Shown piece after piece: positions 15,164-27,757 of a stretch of DNA of 64,000 nt. The stretch lies in assembly GCF_002105155.1 (NCBI RefSeq), contig NW_019028993.1, positions 496,001-560,000 on the forward strand. Reading direction: 5' to 3'. Under the pieces are notes generated by a model, which had not been told where the DNA came from, made no database searches, and saw only the letters and a program-made list of their open reading frames with translations. Both the position numbers and the translations under genes were made by a program. How positions within the stretch are numbered: position 1 is the first letter of the stretch; every line of letters starts with the position of its first letter. This DNA is from Lobosporangium transversale. Taxonomy: Eukaryota.

Positions 15164-16770
15164 ACACTGCAGTATGATTTATTGGCAATGCATATTTTTA
15201 CACATCCGCTTCTCTTTTGGACAGACAATGGCAGAGAAGTCTTTTTTCTTTTGTGTAAATTAATATATCTGTACCAACAGCCCAATTTTCTTTGGACTGC
15301 CGTCATTATTTGCTGTAACTTTGGTAGCCTAAGAAATCATCACAATGAAAACTCCCCCCTGACTCCTTCCTAACCTTTGAGATCGAGGGAACGAGCACAA
15401 AGATTATAAAGAATGAAAGAATGGGCACGATTGGACATGATAAATTCAAGGACTTTTGATTAAATTGACTATTATGGTCAGCATTCGGCGAAATGCCAAC
15501 TGGGAAGGGTTGGACAAGCAACTGATGTGCTTGTGAATGGTGCATCAACCCCTATTCCCCATTTGTTGCACCAAAGTGCTGATGTGTCTATTGATTGCAG
15601 ATAAAATTAATAATGGCACAAACAAACAAACAAACAAAACATCTCCTCCACTCACTTACTAACCAGCAGACCAGACAAGGGAGGGACGATAAAAACCGGC
15701 AGCGACAGGCAGGGGCAAAAAAAAAAAAAAAAAGATCGATTATGCATTCGACCATCCTTTTCACTTTACTTGCTTCGAGAAAACAGGCAAAAATTTAACA
15801 AGGCCTTTTTTGAAGCGAAAAGTCAGAAACATCGAAATGAGAGCAATAGAAGTGTTCATAAAATGGACGGCGTATACGGGTGCAATAGATTAACGATGAT
15901 TGAATGGCTATTAATGTTAATTGCTTGTTCCCATCCATTCAACTCAGATTGCCCCCCGGCACACATTGTCTGTTGCAAATACTTTGTCTTTTGTGCCTCT
16001 TTGTGTCTCCTATCCCAACCAATTCTTGTTATCTTTTTTATCTTTTTTCTTCTCTTTCTCCAGCATCGCCTTGCAGATCTACTCGTCCATCGGCATTGAT
16101 CCACTCGCTTATTCATTCGTCCATTCATTCATTCATTTATTCATTCATTCATTTATTGATCGCAATTCCACTCTCTCTTCACACAACTCTTTCTCTCTCT
16201 CCACCTATAAACACTAATTCTTCGATTGCTCACTTCTATTCATCAAAGCGGAATAGCCTTATCCCTATCTCATTCACTCCCTCCCATCTTCTCTCTTGCT
16301 TTCCCCCTCCTCTTCCTTCTCTTCCCTCCTCCTCTCATCCTCCATCATCATACTTTCGTATCTTTTGGAGAGGAGGAGTTTTCATCCAATTGACTGTCAC
16401 TACTTTTTTTTTTTTATCTGCCATTGTTCCTGAAAAGACGTTTCAGCCAATCAGATTTCAACATTAATTGACAGACATTCGCCGCTGCACGGTGTCTTTT
16501 CTGTTGAGATTGTTGACAGCAAGAAAGAAAATACTGATATTGATGATAGTGTACGCGCATTAAACTCCCTCCACCATTCTTGATTGTCTATCATCCTTAG
16601 CAGCGACGATCATCAAGCCTCCTTTCTCTCAGCCTCACTCACTCTTTCTCTTCATTCTCATTTCTAGAACGATTGTGCACGCGCCTTTCTTCATTTATCT
16701 TTTATAATCCTTGGTTTCATTAATTCCGCACTTGTACATATACTTCAACCTCTCGTACTTATAATACAAC

Positions 16771-19700
16771 ATGCCGCCACCACAAACAGCTGAAGCATAC
16801 CCTGCGTCGTTGTGCACTAACGATACTACATCTATTCGGAAAGGCACACGCATGGGAATGGGAGAGAATCTTCTCCCAGCAGCTACAAGTTACTATGTCT
16901 CATTGGGATACATTGGTTTGCTCTTGATCACGGCAATCATAATATGTTATCGTGCGCGGACTCGACTGCGCCTATATGCCTGCTTTAGTACGTTCCTTGC
17001 ATTTTCGATTGCAATCATGGGGGCCTTCAATGTCAACCGCAAGGTCCCGTCCAATGCATTCTGGCTCTGGAACTTTGCAGCTGAAAGCATAGGGATGGTG
17101 GCACTAACGTATGCAATTGTCTCCGTCGGAAATGGATTTTACCCGATGGCGGGGAAGAAAAATATCTTTTGGCGGCTGGCGATGGCCTGGATCATTATCT
17201 ATGCGCTCGTAGCCTCTGGCAACATTGTGAGCTATTTGTATCAAAAGGTCATTTATCATCACATCTCCCCAAGTGAGATCCAAGATGTAGTGGACGTAAT
17301 ATTAAACGCCAATATCATGGGCAATGACACTCTAGAAAGACATATAAACAGGGCCCAGAAATGCAATACACCGCTATTTCCCCTTGACTACAATATCACT
17401 GGGGTGCCTAATTATGAATACCTACCTCATGCGTTAAAGTCAGTATTTCACCGTCCCGTAACATGGGTATACTTGACCCATCAGATGCTAATGCTCTTCA
17501 CCTTGGGTTGGGTCTCCTCCTTTCTCTTTATCCCCTTGGTTCGCCATCATCGCCAGAGCTCTGTCGGCAGGCCCATCGACAGCGATATGATGGCCGTCGG
17601 CGTTTGGTACTTGGGCTGCTTAATGATCCTTACTGTGGTAAGCTTAAAGAAACATCACTCATTTTTTAAACATTGGCGCGCTTTTCCTCAATCGCCATTC
17701 CCCCTGCATTTAAAAATGAGATCTTAACCACATTATGTTCTTCTTTTTTATGGCGGTCTAGGCCTATGCTATCCTGAACATCTACTTTTGCAACAAAATC
17801 GAGGACATTTTTGAACCTTCGGCTCAAGCACTCGACTTGTGTATACGAGCGACTACCAATCCTATCTTCTTTCTGCCTGCACCGGCATTTTTGATTCGGT
17901 TCTATCGAAAACGTTTCAACCGATTGGTCAAAGGTAACAGCGTGGGTGGTGGAAGTCGCTATGGAGGAAGCAGGTATGGTGGGTCGTCGTCTCGCAAGAG
18001 GAATGGCAGCGCCGGATGCGTTGCTACTGGTGATTTTGGTGGCGGTTTTGGTGGTGGTCAGGACTCTTTCATACATAGTGAAAATCGAAATGGCACTACA
18101 TCATCGCCTTATTCTCCTATTGGATCTCGCCTTGGTGGCCGCTCTAGTGGAGATAAAGGCGACCAATGCAGTCTTCCAAGAGATTCCGTCGATGGCTCTG
18201 TCCAAGTGAATCCATGTCACAGCTTCACCGATGATGGCAGTAGCCATAACAACTACTACACCAACAGCCACAACAGTAATAATCATGGAAACCATCACAC
18301 CAGCATCAGTAACGCCTACAGTCGCTTGCGCCTCTTTCAATCCCGAAATCGAGGCGCGTCAATGGAGAGCAACAGAGTATTCAATCAAGATTTTAATCAA
18401 GAGGATGGTCATCAACACGGGCATGCTCGGTCAGACTCATTTGATCAATACTACAGCAACATGGGAAGGGCCTCGGCGGGAGCTAGGGGATCAGATGAGG
18501 CGACAGCGATCAATCAAGCCTCATCATCCCATTTCAGCAACAACAGCCCTAACAAGGATCCCTTGGCAGGCCTTCGGCCATCTAGCATGGAACCACTTCA
18601 GAAGCCGGAACCTGCGTTGACGTCAGCCAGCGCATCTCAGATGAATAATTCTTGGAAAATGAGTCGATTCATGAATAATTCATTATCGGATGCCGATGCT
18701 GCTGGTAGTGATAGCGGCAGTGTTCCTGAGGAGAAGTGTGCCATTCCTGGTATGGGAATATCCTAGGGACTTTAGTTTCCTTTTGATATACATATTCATG
18801 CAAGCTTTATATACTTTATTGAATATTTCTGACCTTTATTTTTTATTTTTTACTATTATTACCTTAAATATCGGCACAAAATAGATGAAGCGGTTCCATC
18901 GAAGGATGGCGTTGCCAGTAGCAGTAACAGGGAAAAGTACGAAGATACAGCAGAAATTATCACTGGAACAACGGGGTGGGAGGTCGGTGGATGGGGTCAT
19001 ATCCGAAAGACATCACAGGAGGGGATAGAGAACAGTCTTTCAAGCCCTTTAGAGCTATGCCCACCATCCCTGGATACGAGTACTACGGCTTCAAATGCGA
19101 CTGTATCACTTGGACAGTACTCTGAAGGGCCGAGTACGATTGCGAACACAGCTGTAGAAGTCGACTCCTATGGTGATCTGTTAGATACCTATAGCGCAAG
19201 TGGTGGGTTCCGGTCTGGAAGTAATAGTCGCAGGCAGCAACAAAAGCATCAAAGGCAGCAGAGACAGAACCAGCCGCAAGAGCTGACAGGTCTGCAGAAA
19301 CAGCTTGCAGAATACCGCTCCGCATTACTTCCAGTTGTCTTGGCCATGCAGGACATGGATGACTATAGCCCTTCCTCATCTGCATTTGATATGTACGAAA
19401 GTACCGATAATAACAGCAAGCGTAATCCTGGCAATAGTAGGCGGCTCGATGTGCTCATTAACCATAGTGGCAGCGTGCGTACATCGCATGATGACCTACC
19501 ATCAAATCGACAGTATTACGCAGTTGGTGGCATTGTTGCAGATAAAATCGATGAATGGAGTGAACCTCCTGTGACTGATCACCGGGAACAGCCACTCTCT
19601 GCCCACTCAGACGGTCCTATGCATTGGACAAGATTATCAACAAGTCCATCATCATCGACGTCTTCCGCCTTTGACTACAATAACAGCGACAGTGTTCGGA

Positions 19701-22051
19701 ACCAGAGTTCACCCAGCAACTACCGCTCTATTATCACAGCTACTACAGCCACAAATAGCAATACAGCTGAGAAATCTATGTCAGGCTTCCGAAAAAAATG
19801 GCTTGTAAGCCGTAACAAGAATGATACGGACCGTACAGGGCCCCCCAAGAAATTCGAGTTGGAGTCTTCGATGGAGGAGACTAAAAGTAGCAGACGAAAC
19901 AGTCATCTCATTTCAGGTCTCGATAATGCTCTGGTTTACTCAAAGGGCAACAAACCCAAGGAAGTTCCTCGACGGGGAGTGTTCTCCAAACTTTCAGGAG
20001 GGGTTCATAAGAGCAATAGTGGGGACCGTAGCAGGCCTAGCCAAGATTTCAATGAGCAGGACAATGATTACAAGATAGTCGACGGTGGTGACTTGAAATC
20101 GCCTCATGGCGGATCCACTATTCCTGCTACTGTTGAGGCGCTGGCCCTTGAGACTACATTGGGCAACTTGGAAGAGGAAGATGAAGATAAGGGATTGCAA
20201 TATTATTACCCTGATCCTTATTATAGCTTGGCCGAGTTCAAAAGGCCCAACCAGGTTTCTGCTGGCATTTCGAGTAACAGCAGCAGTAATAGTAGTAGCC
20301 ACCCTCGTTCCATAAATACCATTGACTCGGGCTTCCTCTCCAAGACTTCTTCTCCTAGCAGCCCATTGGCCTCAGATTCACTATTGACCATGGCTAGTCC
20401 ACTCGAAGATCCCATGGATCTTTATCACAACTCTATCAGGTCCCCTTCTATCAAGACCAAGAGTTCTACGAGCTCCAAAAAATCCTCCAAGAAAGATTCA
20501 GGTCTATTGTCGTCCCCTGGGTTGATAATCCCTGCCAATGCGATTGCAATGGCCCCCAGTAGCTCCTACTCAGGATCTGCTAGCGCAACAACGATGAGTC
20601 CTATCAGCAGCCCTACAACAACTCCAACGCATCAAACCTCATCTTCAACGTTGGGTTCGTTGCTCTCGAGGTCCTCATCTAACTCCAGGAGGCTGAGCTC
20701 CAAGGCTAAAGCTAGAGGCAACCGCTCCAAGTCGGATACAGCACCATCGCGGCCTAGCATCGACGTTACCCAAATCCCTGTTCCTGTAGCGACAGTAGCC
20801 GCCAATGCAGCTTTTGCCACTGCTACAGTTAATACCTCTGCACCTTTAGCAGTACGCAAGCCCAGCATTCCAGAGGTGTCACCACAAACATCATTGTCCC
20901 CGCCTCCTCGTCAGAGCTGGAACCGGTCCAAATCTTTCCAGGGCACGGCCTCAGCGATCACAGCAGCGCTCTTATCCAGTAGGCCTGACGCTAGCAATGG
21001 CAATGTGATGTATGTTGATACTAAACTCGCAAACGAACATCGCCCAGGGCCATTGTCTGGATCATGCTCAGCGACAGGGCTTGGATTTAGCACACCATTG
21101 GCTATTACTGGCAATGGTGCAGATAGTGGCAACGAATCCAGTTTGCCATCGTCTGGTGGGACCCGAAGCTCGTTGTCATCATCCCTTGGCTCAGTATCTC
21201 CAGCGTTTGCTCCCACAGCCCCAAACGATGAGTACAGCAACACCAACTATAAAGAATCATCGCCATCGTCTCCATCACCGCTTTCTCCCCCTATCATGAC
21301 ATCTTCGTCAAAAACAGGAGATTTCAAACCACGAACAAGTACGCCAGTATCTTTGCAAGACCACCGTAGCAACTCCATGGACAGAGGCAGAGATAGAGAC
21401 AGCAATAATAGCTTGCGAGACCGAACGGCAGCTTTAAGGGCAACAGCTAATCATCAGCGGAGCCAGCCACGCTCGGTTGATAATTTAGCCTCGGCTTATT
21501 ATTTTAAGCGAGCAACACCAATAGCAGGCGATATCAACAGTAATAACAACAGCTCTAGTATTGACACCAACGTTAATGACGTATCTAAGTCTCAGGAATC
21601 TGTCAACGTTAATGTTTCTACACCCGTGCCTCGATCACCTTCACCACAGCTGGTCGGTGCTGGATTCAGTTACTATGGTGGTGGTAGTGCTAATAATGGC
21701 TTTGGAGGGGAGGATAGCCATGGACGCAACTCACCAACGTCCCAACAGCAGCAGCACCCCTTGTTTTCTTCCTCGCCTTCTCAGAACAACTATAGCCATG
21801 GTCATTCATACTTCCCAAGAGGCAAGACAAGTTTGGACTATTCTGGAGGAGGTGGACTAGGAGTAGGACTAGGGATTCATCACTCTCATTCCCACTCTCC
21901 ATCTCCATCTTCTTTGAGAGCGATTGAGAATTCTACACCAGTGAGTGATTCCAGTCGGTCGAACAGCATCACCAACAATAACTCGCTCCTGATGGCGGAT
22001 GATCCTTGGACGATGGCTATGGTTGCACGTGCCAAGAATGCTAATGCGTGA
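16771..22051 (+). CDS. 7-TM GPCR-like membrane protein with very long disordered tail (paralog B), ~1673 aa; exons 16771-17637, 17762-18749, 18885-22051
   Basis: Three ORF-track pieces join through introns GTAAGC(17638)..CTAG(17761) and GTATGG(18750)..ATAG(18884); 18885-19340 is stop-free in the frame of the 903-aa ORF. Seven hydrophobic segments, the last AQALDLCIRATTNPIFFLP. Confidence 0.82.
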
Positions 22052-23745
22052 TGCTAGGGAGTAGAAGTGAAGCAGGTACACCATCGTACAACGACAACGA
22101 TAAGAATAGTAATTTGTTTTAGCAGCAGGAGCAATAGACAAGTCAAATTGGAGGATTGAGTTCTAGTTCAGGTGTTGAGAGCTAAAAAAAAAAAAAAAAA
22201 AAAAAAAAAGTGTACATTATACATTGCATACAATCATAGACATTCAAATACACATATACCATTAACACTAAACAGAATTGAGTTAATATCGGAGCACAGA
22301 CAAGCTAAAAAAAAGAGACAATGCATCTTGTTTTGGATGAAAGCCACGCGCGTGAAGGAGAAAAGAAGGAACTGATTCATAGTTATTGATATTCATAAAG
22401 CGGTATGGTTTACCTTACACAACCCAACAAAAAGAAGGTCCGAGGCTTTCTCGGAATTACATTCCTATCTTCTGATGGGATGTGGAGAGAGCAAAATGCG
22501 TATGTGTGTATGCGCATGTACATGTGGGGTATAGCAAACAATGTTTTAAAGAAATATTTGCGTGGAGAGGAAGCAACAATGGTGCTCTCTAGACCCATGC
22601 AGGAGAAACAGCACCGCCTAAAGAAGACATGGAGTCGGAAGCGATTGGGTTATTCTGAAAAATGAAAAAGCAGATGTTACTAAACAACAAACCCCATTGA
22701 TCTTTTTTTGGCTATCTCTATGACAATCTCACCTTTCCCTCTCCCTCCACATGCAGGAGAAAGTTGGCTCTATTTCTTCTGCACGCTCCACTTGCTGCTC
22801 TTAAAAATGTCTTGATGTTCATTGTTTATGAAGAAAAACATATTCAAACATGCATAACTGATTACACATGAAAGGCATGAGAAAAGCCTTTCTGTGTTGT
22901 ATCAGAGAGCTGTCAATTTGGAAGCCAAGCCCTTCACTTTGAAGCTTTAAAAAAAAAATAAACTTTTTTTTTTTCATATGCTAACAACGCATGCGATATC
23001 AAACACTGACAACAGTAAACTTTTTCTGATCTTTTTTTATTCAACGTTGTGTATATTATTGGGCTGTTGTATTTATTTTCTTTTTGTTCTGGTGAGACGT
23101 GAGTACAGAAATGTACCACACACGTTTTGGAAGGTGGGCGAAAAAAAAAAAAAAAAAAAAAAAACGCGTCTGTTGATTTTATACTGCATACTGAAAAATA
23201 GCTCGCTCCTTCGCCCGTACGCGAAATGACTTTGACTTTTTTCTCCTGCTTCAATGTGAGCCCTGGTTTCAATATTCAATCCAAGTAGGGCGCTTGGCGT
23301 TCACATATTTATATATATATATATCAATGGAGGCAAGAACAACATGCATATGATGGAGTTTTGTAAGGAAATGAGAATTTATAGCAAGAAAATAAATATA
23401 TAAATAAATAAACAATATTTGTATGTGCTATCCTATATTTGTAGGACTGATCTATCCCACATAACATGTGCAAAAAAACACACACAAAAGCGAGCGGGGG
23501 ACAAGTGAGCAGATTGAGAGGAATGGATATCTATACTCGCAATAATCTCGGGCCATGGTCTATCTGACACCAGAAGAATCCGAATGTGCCTTTTTTTTTT
23601 TTTTGTCCAATGACGTGCTTTGCTCAAGCTCCGTTACGGGCTAGGGCATGCAGTAGCTCGTTTTTCAAAATGGACATTCTTTTACCCTCTTGGTACTGAA
23701 TCATGAATAAATAACATCTATTTTCTGTAAAATTGAGCATGGGTG

Positions 23746-23779
<34 letters not shown>

Positions 23780-26700
23780 TCTACAGCATTGAGAAGATTA
23801 AAGTTCTTTCCCATGGTTTAGTTGGATGAAATTTCAATTGGCTTTGACATGTGTTTAATGTGGTGGGCAGCCATCTCTCATTGTGTCTCTTCTCATCTAT
23901 GAAAAGAGAATGGATTTCCTGTAATTCTTTACGTCAAATGAAAAGAAGAAGAAAGGTTTATTGACCATCTTTTTCTGCACTTCATTGCCCAACCTAATGT
24001 AAGAATAGGGTTAGTGCGCCCTTTTCCTTCGCAGTAAGCCTCTGTAAACTCCAATGAGCAGCGCACGGTTCTGATTCTCGCTGGCTAACGACCTCATTGG
24101 TGATGTTATTTACTATTTGCGCACCTTACCGTCCTTTTTTATGTCTTTCTACCCAATGATCTACGCTACATCTCTAATTATTGGGCACAAAGAAGGAATT
24201 AGGGCCTAATGCTGGAGACATGTATTCTCGTGATATGTCAGGACATGTTGACTGTCGGACGAGAGAAATATCTATCATTTCTATATCTCATTTACATAGT
24301 TCATCTAAATCTGGATGTAAATAAATAAATAATAACAACAACACCTAAAGAGAACAATATGCACAACAAAAGCTCATGCTTTTTGCATTATCCATGTTAT
24401 TCTCGTATCCGTGATCTGACCGACAAAATAGAAAGATTCCTTGTCTTTTTTGGGTTCTCTTATCCATTCACCTTCGGCAATGGAGTTATATTAAATTCTA
24501 ATTTCATTTCATTGTGTGACACTGACAATGGGATTAAAAGCCCATATTGAGCCCTGAAAGAGAGAAGGCGCATTCATGAAAAAAGAAAAAACTATTCATT
24601 TTATTATAAATTATATATTTATATTGAATATCATATCTGCCCATCAATCTACCTTTTTTAAAAAATCTTGTTAATCTTTTGATCTGCCTACTTTTAAGAT
24701 TGAGTGCAGGTAATAGCACTAATGGTAGAACCTTGATTGCTTTCTATTCCTCTTTCAACGGTGCTCTAGTACTGGAAAAAAACAGGTTCCTGCTCTACTG
24801 CCGCCAGCCGGTAGGAGAATCAAAGAGCTATGACATCTTTCCTTATGGACAATGCTTTCAGAGGATGGGGAAAGCGGAGCCAATAAGGAACTTGTATAGA
24901 TGATATCATTCAGTGCGATACTCCCATCAGGGACCATTGGGTACTGCTATCAACTAAGATGATGAAAGGCTGCATTTTTTATTTTTAATCTCGATCCTCG
25001 GTGTACTAACAGAGGAGTATCTTTTTTAAAATGAATTGGCCAGATTGCATCGAACAAAAGCCGTTTTACCTCTTGATGTTAGGGTTATGAGAACGTACCG
25101 ATGACCTCGAAGACTACTTTTGTTCTAGGCAACCTCAATCATGGCAATGCAAACAGAGTCAAAAAGCGTAGCCAAAGAAAGCCAGTAGAGATAGAATCGA
25201 TCTGATATCAATCGCGTTGATCTGTCTTTTTTTTTTTTTTTTAACGCCGTGGGATATTTTACAAGAGAGTACCAAGCGATTATTATTATTATTATTTTTT
25301 TTTCAACATCAGCACACTATGCATACTCTCTCCCTCTTCATCTAAGGCCCAGATTCTTACCAGAACTGTACTTTTTTTTTTTTTTTTTTTTTTTTTCCTA
25401 TCATTAGCCATCATCTTATTAAGTCAGTATCTAGGTATTAAGTAAGATCTCAATTCTGGTAAGACCCAACAGTTCCTCATTCCTATTCCTATTCTTTGTC
25501 TCCCTTCCCCTCAAAGTCATTCCTTTGTCCTGGTCGTGTTGGTCCAGTTATCTGACACGTTTGGCTCGCCTGAGCGTTATTTTTGTCGCCGATCTTGCTT
25601 TATTATTATCCCGCCATTTCTGATGGGGGTAGTAGCAACCCAATGAGCAATTGGGTATTGGGTTATATGGAATATAAACAATAGCTTAAATAAGGGGTCA
25701 TCAGGAACGTTTTGTAAGCAGACAAACACCGCGACCAACGGCCTAAAGTCCTTTACTTCAGCAATGTCGCTGAAAAGATAAAAAAAGAAAGGCCGTCCCC
25801 CTATTTTTACTCTTCATCCGCTCACTTTTGATGACACTTCGGGCGATTACATCCACATTTGGTTTTGAACCATCAACAAAAAAAAAAAAAAAAAAAAAAA
25901 AAATAGTATTGCGACGCGCCAAGGCAGGAACCTAGTCAATTCCATTTCTGGCGGCTATTCGCAGATGTCATCAGAGGAAAAAGTCTTTTTTTTTTTATTT
26001 TTTTATTTTTTGGCCTTTTTTTCCCTCCAATTTCATTTCCCTTGCAGGAACTAATAGATAAGGAGTTAATTTATTGCAGGTAAATATGTAAAATATATAT
26101 TGTTCTGCCGAAGACATCCTCACAAAGTAAATAGGACGGAATGAATATTGTACTCGAACTCCGGACGGGCTTAATTTAATGGTTGAGAATCCATCTACTG
26201 ACTGAATTATAATTATTATTTTATTTTGCCTGGTGCTCTCTTACTTTCTTACTGCTCACATAATTTTTTTTCTTTTACCTGTTATCCTGAGTAAAATGGT
26301 TCATTTGTCTGTGTGTTGAATAGTTGAGTAGTCTTGTTGCGATTTATTTCAACTAAATAAAACTTTGTTTGCAATCATGCTTTTCAATTGATCTTTATTC
26401 AATCGCCCGTTCACTCGATTCATTGTTCTGAAAAAAAGTACCCAGACCATAGTTTGGCCAGCCAACTAAAGCCCTTTATTTAATATCCTATATAATCACC
26501 GGGCTTTGACTTGGCAAACCCTTTTTTTTTTTTTTTTTTTTTTTACTCTCCTTTTCCTCCACTTTTTCCTTTCCCTTTTTTCTTTTGCTCTTTCATTTCT
26601 CGACATCCTTGTCGTCTTATTTCTTTTACGCTCTCCACCATTCTTTCTCTCTCCCCCGCATTTAATTGCCATCATCCTTATCCTTCATTGACGACCTACA

Positions 26701-26916
26701 CTTTGATCTTCATCTAACTATCCCACTCATTTAAATATCCCCTACCAACCTAGCCAGCATCACTCTCTCTTTATTAACTCACGAACCTCTAGACTTAACT
26801 CCAGCTCTATCCTCAACATCTTCGTCAACTTCATTATTCCAACTTGCCATTACAACTATTAGAAAGAGCCTGTTAACGAAAAGGAGGGAAAAAAAAATCT
26901 TACTCACATTTTAATT

Positions 26917-27723
26917 GTAAGTAATTTCACTATTCACGGTGCCTTTAATATATTCGTCCGAGCGTACTGTTGGATGGTCTATCTACTCTGGACGCCTTAA
27001 AAAATACACACAAATCTTTGTGCACTTTTTCATCTGGCCACGTGCGGGATCAGTACTCCGTATCGATTCAGTACCATAAATCCAGCACAGATACACAGAT
27101 TCAAAATTAATAGATTATCTTGGAACACAATCGTCTATCTTGCTGAGGCATTGCTGATAGGCATAGTATAAAAGTGCAAAACTTTCAAGTGATCTGCAAT
27201 GTAGCGTTTAATGTTTCGTTGGCTTGTCTCGCTTGTGCTCAATATTAAGTGTGTATTTCATGGCGTGTGAGGGAGAGCTTTCTCCACGATTCATGATAGG
27301 GCGCCTAGATAATATTTTTTCCTTAATTAATTACACTGAATTGTACAACAAACAATCAACATTTCTAGCGTTTCCCATCCTGCTATCTATTCTGTTCTTT
27401 TTGTGTGTGAAAGCAGGTTCCATCGAGAGAAAGTACAATTGGATATGCAGTTATAGAAAGTCACTACACTTACTATTGATGGGAACTTTATTAAACATCG
27501 CAGTGGTACCAATGAAATCACCTTTGGAGATCCAGATTTTTTTTTTTTCCTCTAAACGTTTAGTAGTGAAGGAAAGGATGATGATCAATGGTCGTCTATC
27601 GAGATAACCAATAGGATGAATCATCTTTTTTCCCCTCTCTCATAACCTTATACGACTGGATGATCGATAGAAGGTTCTCATGTGTGCCTTTTTTTTTTTT
27701 TTTCTCCTTTTACTTGATAGCAG
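26917..27723 (+). other. Probable 5'UTR intron of the pseudokinase gene with tandem TAG-CAG acceptor
   Basis: Consensus donor GTAAGT at 26917, then a pyrimidine tract and TAGCAG at 27718-27723, 34 nt before the ATG. Confidence 0.5.
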
Positions 27724-27757
27724 TATTTAACTCTTACCTCAAAGATAGTACATATCA

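Noticed and set aside
19340..22051. The 903-aa ORF as an independent gene
   Set aside because: Its frame is open back to the acceptor at 18884, so it is exon 3 of the 7-TM gene.
24660..25200. Mixed-composition stretch that might be a gene or transposon relic
   Set aside because: No recognisable motif in any frame, and no terminal repeats or target-site duplication seen.
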